DNA from: Alkalilimnicola ehrlichii MLHE-1
GTDB lineage: Bacteria > Pseudomonadota > Gammaproteobacteria > Nitrococcales > Halorhodospiraceae
Length of the DNA stretch: 32,000 nt
Direction of reading: 5' to 3'
NCBI RefSeq assembly: GCF_000014785.1
Contig: NC_008340.1
Coordinates: 1,020,001 to 1,052,000 of the forward strand
In this document: positions 26,132 to 32,000 of the stretch, piece after piece
Layout: each line of letters begins with the position of its first letter
Position numbering within the stretch: the stretch's first letter is position 1
Program-made: the position numbers and the translations under genes
The notes under the pieces: model-generated
Database searches by the model: none
What the model saw: only the letters and a program-made list of their open reading frames with translations
What the model was told of the DNA's origin: nothing

Positions 26132-26140
26132 TGCTAGAAT
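26132..26140 (+). promoter_or_regulatory. Candidate extended -10 promoter element for gyrA
   Basis: TGCTAGAAT (TGn-TAGAAT) lies ~100 nt upstream of the gyrA ATG. There is no good -35, as is common for extended -10 promoters. It is followed by an 8-bp inverted repeat CGCGCCCC (26165-26172) / GGGGCGCG (26189-26196) in the putative leader. Confidence 0.35.
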
Positions 26141-26241
26141 GACCGCCTTTACGCGGGCGCCCGGCGCGCCCCGGTCCCGGTGCGGGGCGGGGCGCGTCGT
26201 CGTGCGTCTCAGATCGTTTTTGCAGCGAGTCGAGATCCCGG

Positions 26242-28830
<2,589 letters not shown>

Positions 28831-28837
28831 GCCCGGT

Positions 28838-28867
28838 GCCCCCCGGCGGGGCGCCGCCGCCGGGGGC
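28838..28867 (+). terminator. GC-rich hairpin between gyrA and serC (possible attenuator/terminator)
   Basis: GCCCCCCGGCGG (28838-28849), a 7-nt loop, then CCGCCGGGGGC (28857-28867). This gives 11 bp with one bulged C and no U-tract. The serC Shine-Dalgarno AGGAG follows. Confidence 0.3.
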
Positions 28868-28900
28868 ATAGACAATCCAGAGTAAACAGGAGAACGCCGA

Positions 28901-29983
28901 ATGTCCCGTGTGTACAACTTCAGTGCCGGTCCGGCCATGCTGCCGGAGGAGGTTCTGCGTCAGGCCAGGGACGAGATGCTCGACTGGCAGGGCTCCGGCA
29001 TGTGCGTGATGGAGATGAGCCACCGCGGCAAGGAGTTCGTCAGCATCGCCGAGCGCGCCGAGGCCGACCTGCGGGAGCTGATGAACATCCCCGACAATTA
29101 CAAGGTGCTGTTTCTCCAGGGCGGGGCCACGGGCATGTTCTCCGCAGTTCCGCTCAATCTCCTGCGGGGCCGGACGCGGGCGGATTACGTCAACACCGGG
29201 GCCTGGTCCAAGAAGGCGATCGCCGAGGCGGGCAAGTATTGCCAGGTCAACGTCGCCGCCAGCGGTGAGGCCAGCCAGTTCATGAGCATCCCGCCGCGCA
29301 GCGCCTGGCAGCTCTCGGACGACGCCGCCTACCTGCACTACACCCCCAACGAGACCATCAGCGGGGTGGAGTTCCACCAGGTGCCGGAGGTGGGTGAAAC
29401 CCCACTGGTGGCGGACATGTCCTCCACCATCCTCTCCCGCCCGGTGGACGTCTCCCGGTTCGGGCTCATCTACGCCGGCGCGCAGAAGAACATCGGGCCA
29501 GCCGGCATTACCGTGGTCATTGTCCGCGAGGATTTGATCGGCGAGGCCCGTGCCGACACGCCCATGGTCTGGGACTTCGCCAAGCAGGCGGAGGCCGACT
29601 CCATGCTCAACACCCCGCCCACTTATGGGCTCTACCTGGCCGGCCTGGTGTTCCAGTGGCTCAAGCGCCAGGGCGGCCTGGAGGGCATGGCCGAGATCAA
29701 CCGGCGCAAGGCGGAGAAGCTCTACCGCGCCATCGATGACTCGGACTTCTACAGCAACCCGGTGGACCCGGACTGCCGGTCCTGGATGAACGTGCCCTTC
29801 GTGCTGGCCAAGCCGGCGCTGGACGCCACCTTCCTGGAAGAGGCCAAGCGCCAGGGCCTGACCACCCTCAAGGGCCACCGCTCGGTGGGCGGCATGCGCG
29901 CCAGCATCTACAACGCCATGCCCGAGGCCGGGGTGGACAAGCTCATCGACTTCATGCGCGACTTCGAACAGCGCAACGCCTGA
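28901..29983 (+). CDS. serC: 3-phosphoserine/phosphohydroxythreonine aminotransferase
   Basis: 360 aa. It has MSRVYNFSAGPAMLPEEVL...MEMSHRGKEF, and GGATGMF...AGAQKNIGPAGITVVIVRED contains the PLP-Lys region (QKN). Confidence 0.95.
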   Translation: MSRVYNFSAGPAMLPEEVLRQARDEMLDWQGSGMCVMEMSHRGKEFVSIAERAEADLRELMNIPDNYKVLFLQGGATGMFSAVPLNLLRGRTRADYVNTGAWSKKAIAEAGKYCQVNVAASGEASQFMSIPPRSAWQLSDDAAYLHYTPNETISGVEFHQVPEVGETPLVADMSSTILSRPVDVSRFGLIYAGAQKNIGPAGITVVIVREDLIGEARADTPMVWDFAKQAEADSMLNTPPTYGLYLAGLVFQWLKRQGGLEGMAEINRRKAEKLYRAIDDSDFYSNPVDPDCRSWMNVPFVLAKPALDATFLEEAKRQGLTTLKGHRSVGGMRASIYNAMPEAGVDKLIDFMRDFEQRNA

Positions 29984-29994
29984 GGAGGTGAGTC

Positions 29995-31164
29995 ATGTTC
30001 CGGATCCTCACCTTTAACAACATCTCGGTCAAAGGGCTGGAGCGCTTCCCGCGGGATCACTTCGAGACCTCCTCCGACATCGCCCACCCGGACGCCATCA
30101 TGCTGCGCTCCCACAAGCTACAGGAGAGCGAGGTGGCGGATACCGTGTTGGCGGTGGGCCGTGCCGGCGCCGGGGTCAACAACATCCCGGTGGAGGCCAT
30201 GAGCCGGCGGGGCGTCCCGGTGTTCAACGCCCCGGGCGCCAACGCCAACGCAGTGAAGGAGTTGACCATCGCCGGGCTGTTCCTGGCCGCCCGCAACATC
30301 TGCCAGGCCTGGGACTTTGCCCGCGCCCTGGAGGGGAGCGACCAGCAGATCAACGCCGAGGTGGAGGCGGGCAAAAAGCGCTTCACCGGCTTTGAGCTGC
30401 CGGGGCGCACCCTGGGCGTGATCGGCCTGGGTGCCATCGGGGTGGAGGTGGCCAACGCGGCTATGGCCCTGGGCATGAAGGTTGTCGGCTACGACCCGCA
30501 GATCACCGTGCACCGGGCCTGGCAGCTCTCCAGTCAGGTGGAACAGGCCCATAGCGTCGATGAACTGATGAGCCGGGCCGATGTGGTGACCATTCACGCC
30601 CCGCTGAATGAGGCCACCCGTGGGCTGATCAATGGTAGCCGCCTGGCCGCGGCCCACCCGGGGCTGACGGTGCTCAACTTCGCGCGTTCCGAGGTGGTGG
30701 ACGAGCAGGCCATCCTGGAGGCGTTGGACCGCGACCATCTGCGTGCCTATATCTGTGACTTCCCCAGCAATGCCCTGAAGGGGCGGGGCAACGTCATCGC
30801 CTTGCCCCACCTGGGTGCCTCCACGGTGGAGTCGCAGGAGAACTGCGCCGTCATGGTGGCGGATCAGCTCCGCGAGTACCTGGAGACGGGCAATATCCGC
30901 AACGCGGTCAACTTCCCCGAGGTGGTGATGCCGCGGGGGGGCAAGGGCAACCGGCTCTGCGTGGTGAATGCCAACGTGCCCAACATGCTGGGGCGGATCT
31001 CCACCGCGCTGGCGGAGGCGGGGTTGAACATTGACGATATGTACAACAAGTCTCACGAGGAGCTGGCCTACACCGTGGTGGACGTGGAGGGCGCCATCCC
31101 CGAGTCGGTAGTGCAGGCCATTGCCGAGGTGGAGGGCGTGTTGCGGGTTCGGGTCATCGAGTGA
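29995..31164 (+). CDS. serA: D-3-phosphoglycerate dehydrogenase-like 2-hydroxyacid dehydrogenase with a C-terminal ACT domain
   Basis: 389 aa. The NAD fold is GVIGLGAIGVEVA and the catalytic region is ALPHLGASTVES. The ACT-like tail is RLCVVNANVPNMLGRISTALAEAGLNIDDM. The gene symbol is by family and context (next to serC), not by proven orthology. Confidence 0.75.
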   Translation: MFRILTFNNISVKGLERFPRDHFETSSDIAHPDAIMLRSHKLQESEVADTVLAVGRAGAGVNNIPVEAMSRRGVPVFNAPGANANAVKELTIAGLFLAARNICQAWDFARALEGSDQQINAEVEAGKKRFTGFELPGRTLGVIGLGAIGVEVANAAMALGMKVVGYDPQITVHRAWQLSSQVEQAHSVDELMSRADVVTIHAPLNEATRGLINGSRLAAAHPGLTVLNFARSEVVDEQAILEALDRDHLRAYICDFPSNALKGRGNVIALPHLGASTVESQENCAVMVADQLREYLETGNIRNAVNFPEVVMPRGGKGNRLCVVNANVPNMLGRISTALAEAGLNIDDMYNKSHEELAYTVVDVEGAIPESVVQAIAEVEGVLRVRVIE

Positions 31165-31177
31165 GGCGTTGGCGAGC

Positions 31178-32000
31178 ATGAGTGACGAACAGACCTCCCC
31201 CGACGATCAGGCCGCGCTGCAGGCCGTGCGTGCGCGCATCGACGCCCTGGACGACGAGATCCTGCGGCTAATCAGCGAGCGCGCCCGGATGGCCGAAGAG
31301 GTGGCCCGGGTCAAGCGTGAGGCCGGGCACAGCAACGATTTCTACCGCCCCGAGCGCGAGGCGCAGGTGCTGCGCCGGGTCCGCCAGTCCAACCCCGGCC
31401 CGCTGGGCGAGGAGGCGGTGACCCGGCTGTTCCGCGAGATCATGTCCGCCTGCCTGGCCATCCAGCTGCCCTTGCAGGTGGCCTTCCTGGGGCCCGAAGG
31501 CACCTATACCCAGGAGGCGGCACTCAAGCACTTCGGCCACGCCATGGGCACGGCACCGCTGAGCACTATCGCCGCGGTCTTTCGTGAGGTGGAGTCCGGT
31601 GCCGCCCACTACGGGGTGGTGCCGGTGGAGAACTCCACCGAGGGGGTGGTCACCCACACGGTGGACCGCTTTCTCAACTCGCCGCTGCAGATCGTCGGCG
31701 AGGTGCAGTTACCCATCCACCACGCCCTGGCCAGCCGCGAGCAGGACTGGAACGCCATCCGGCGTATCTACTCCCACCAGCAGGGACTGGCCCAGTGCCG
31801 GGCCTGGGTCGATACCCATCTGCCGGGCGTGGAACGGGTGCCGGTCACCAGCACCGCCGAGGCGGCGCGGCTGGCGGCGGCCGAACGGGGTGCGGCGGCC
31901 ATCGCCAGTGAGGCGGCCTGCGAGCTCTACGACTTGCCGGTGCTTGCCACCCACATCGAGGACGAGCCGGGCAACACCACCCGCTTTCTGGTGGTGGGGC
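31178..32000 (+). CDS. pheA: Bifunctional chorismate mutase / prephenate dehydratase (P-protein); the 3' end is outside the window
   Basis: This is my own translation from ATG 31178: MSDEQTSPDDQAALQAVRARIDALDDEILRLISERARMAEEVARVK (chorismate mutase). It continues VAFLGPEGTYTQEAA...VVPVENSTEGVV...IEDEPGNTTRFLVVG (prephenate dehydratase). It is absent from the ORF track because no stop is reached. Confidence 0.92.
   Translation, partial: MSDEQTSPDDQAALQAVRARIDALDDEILRLISERARMAEEVARVKREAGHSNDFYRPEREAQVLRRVRQSNPGPLGEEAVTRLFREIMSACLAIQLPLQVAFLGPEGTYTQEAALKHFGHAMGTAPLSTIAAVFREVESGAAHYGVVPVENSTEGVVTHTVDRFLNSPLQIVGEVQLPIHHALASREQDWNAIRRIYSHQQGLAQCRAWVDTHLPGVERVPVTSTAEAARLAAAERGAAAIASEAACELYDLPVLATHIEDEPGNTTRFLVVG

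Overview
This is a very GC-rich, densely coding chromosomal segment that looks gammaproteobacterial. From memory, its gene order resembles the Pseudomonas-type gph/mupP-ubiG-mtaD | mtnA ... gyrA-serC-pheA neighbourhood. I support 25 protein genes:
- flgK (5' partial) and flgL.
- A minus-strand trio: squalene/phytoene-synthase-fold, SDR-fold and endonuclease-III-related proteins.
- A translationally coupled ATP-grasp ligase and CocE/NonD (S15) hydrolase pair.
- HAD phosphatase, ubiG and mtaD.
- A shikimate-kinase-fold kinase, mtnA and sthA.
- ompW, a lone NfeD-like gene and a gamma-glutamyltransferase.
- A TAXI-type TRAP transporter (binding protein plus fused permease).
- An EAL+HDOD protein.
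- An NhaP2/CvrA-type K+/H+ antiporter.
- A cyclophilin.
- gyrA, serC, a serA-like gene and pheA (3' partial).

I saw no rRNA, tRNA, CRISPR-cas, integrase, transposase, phage genes or recognisable defence or toxin-antitoxin genes. Most long antisense ORFs in the track are GC artefacts.

The stand-out signal is non-genic. A ~1.1 kb head-to-tail array of eleven 95-97 bp units (22527-23590) is preceded by two 30-bp partial units (22467-22526). Each unit is itself a long imperfect palindrome. The array fills the gap between the antiporter stop codon and the promoter region of the EAL/HDOD gene. It is not CRISPR-like because it has no unique spacers. It is almost certainly non-coding because the unit length is not a multiple of 3.

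Secondary leads:
- Two adjacent enzyme-fold proteins (SDR and SQS/PSY) both lack canonical catalytic residues.
- The ATP-grasp/S15 hydrolase pair is uncharacterised.
- About 13 kb of lineage-specific genes sits between mtnA and gyrA.

All functional calls rest on my reading of the translated ORFs. No database search was run.
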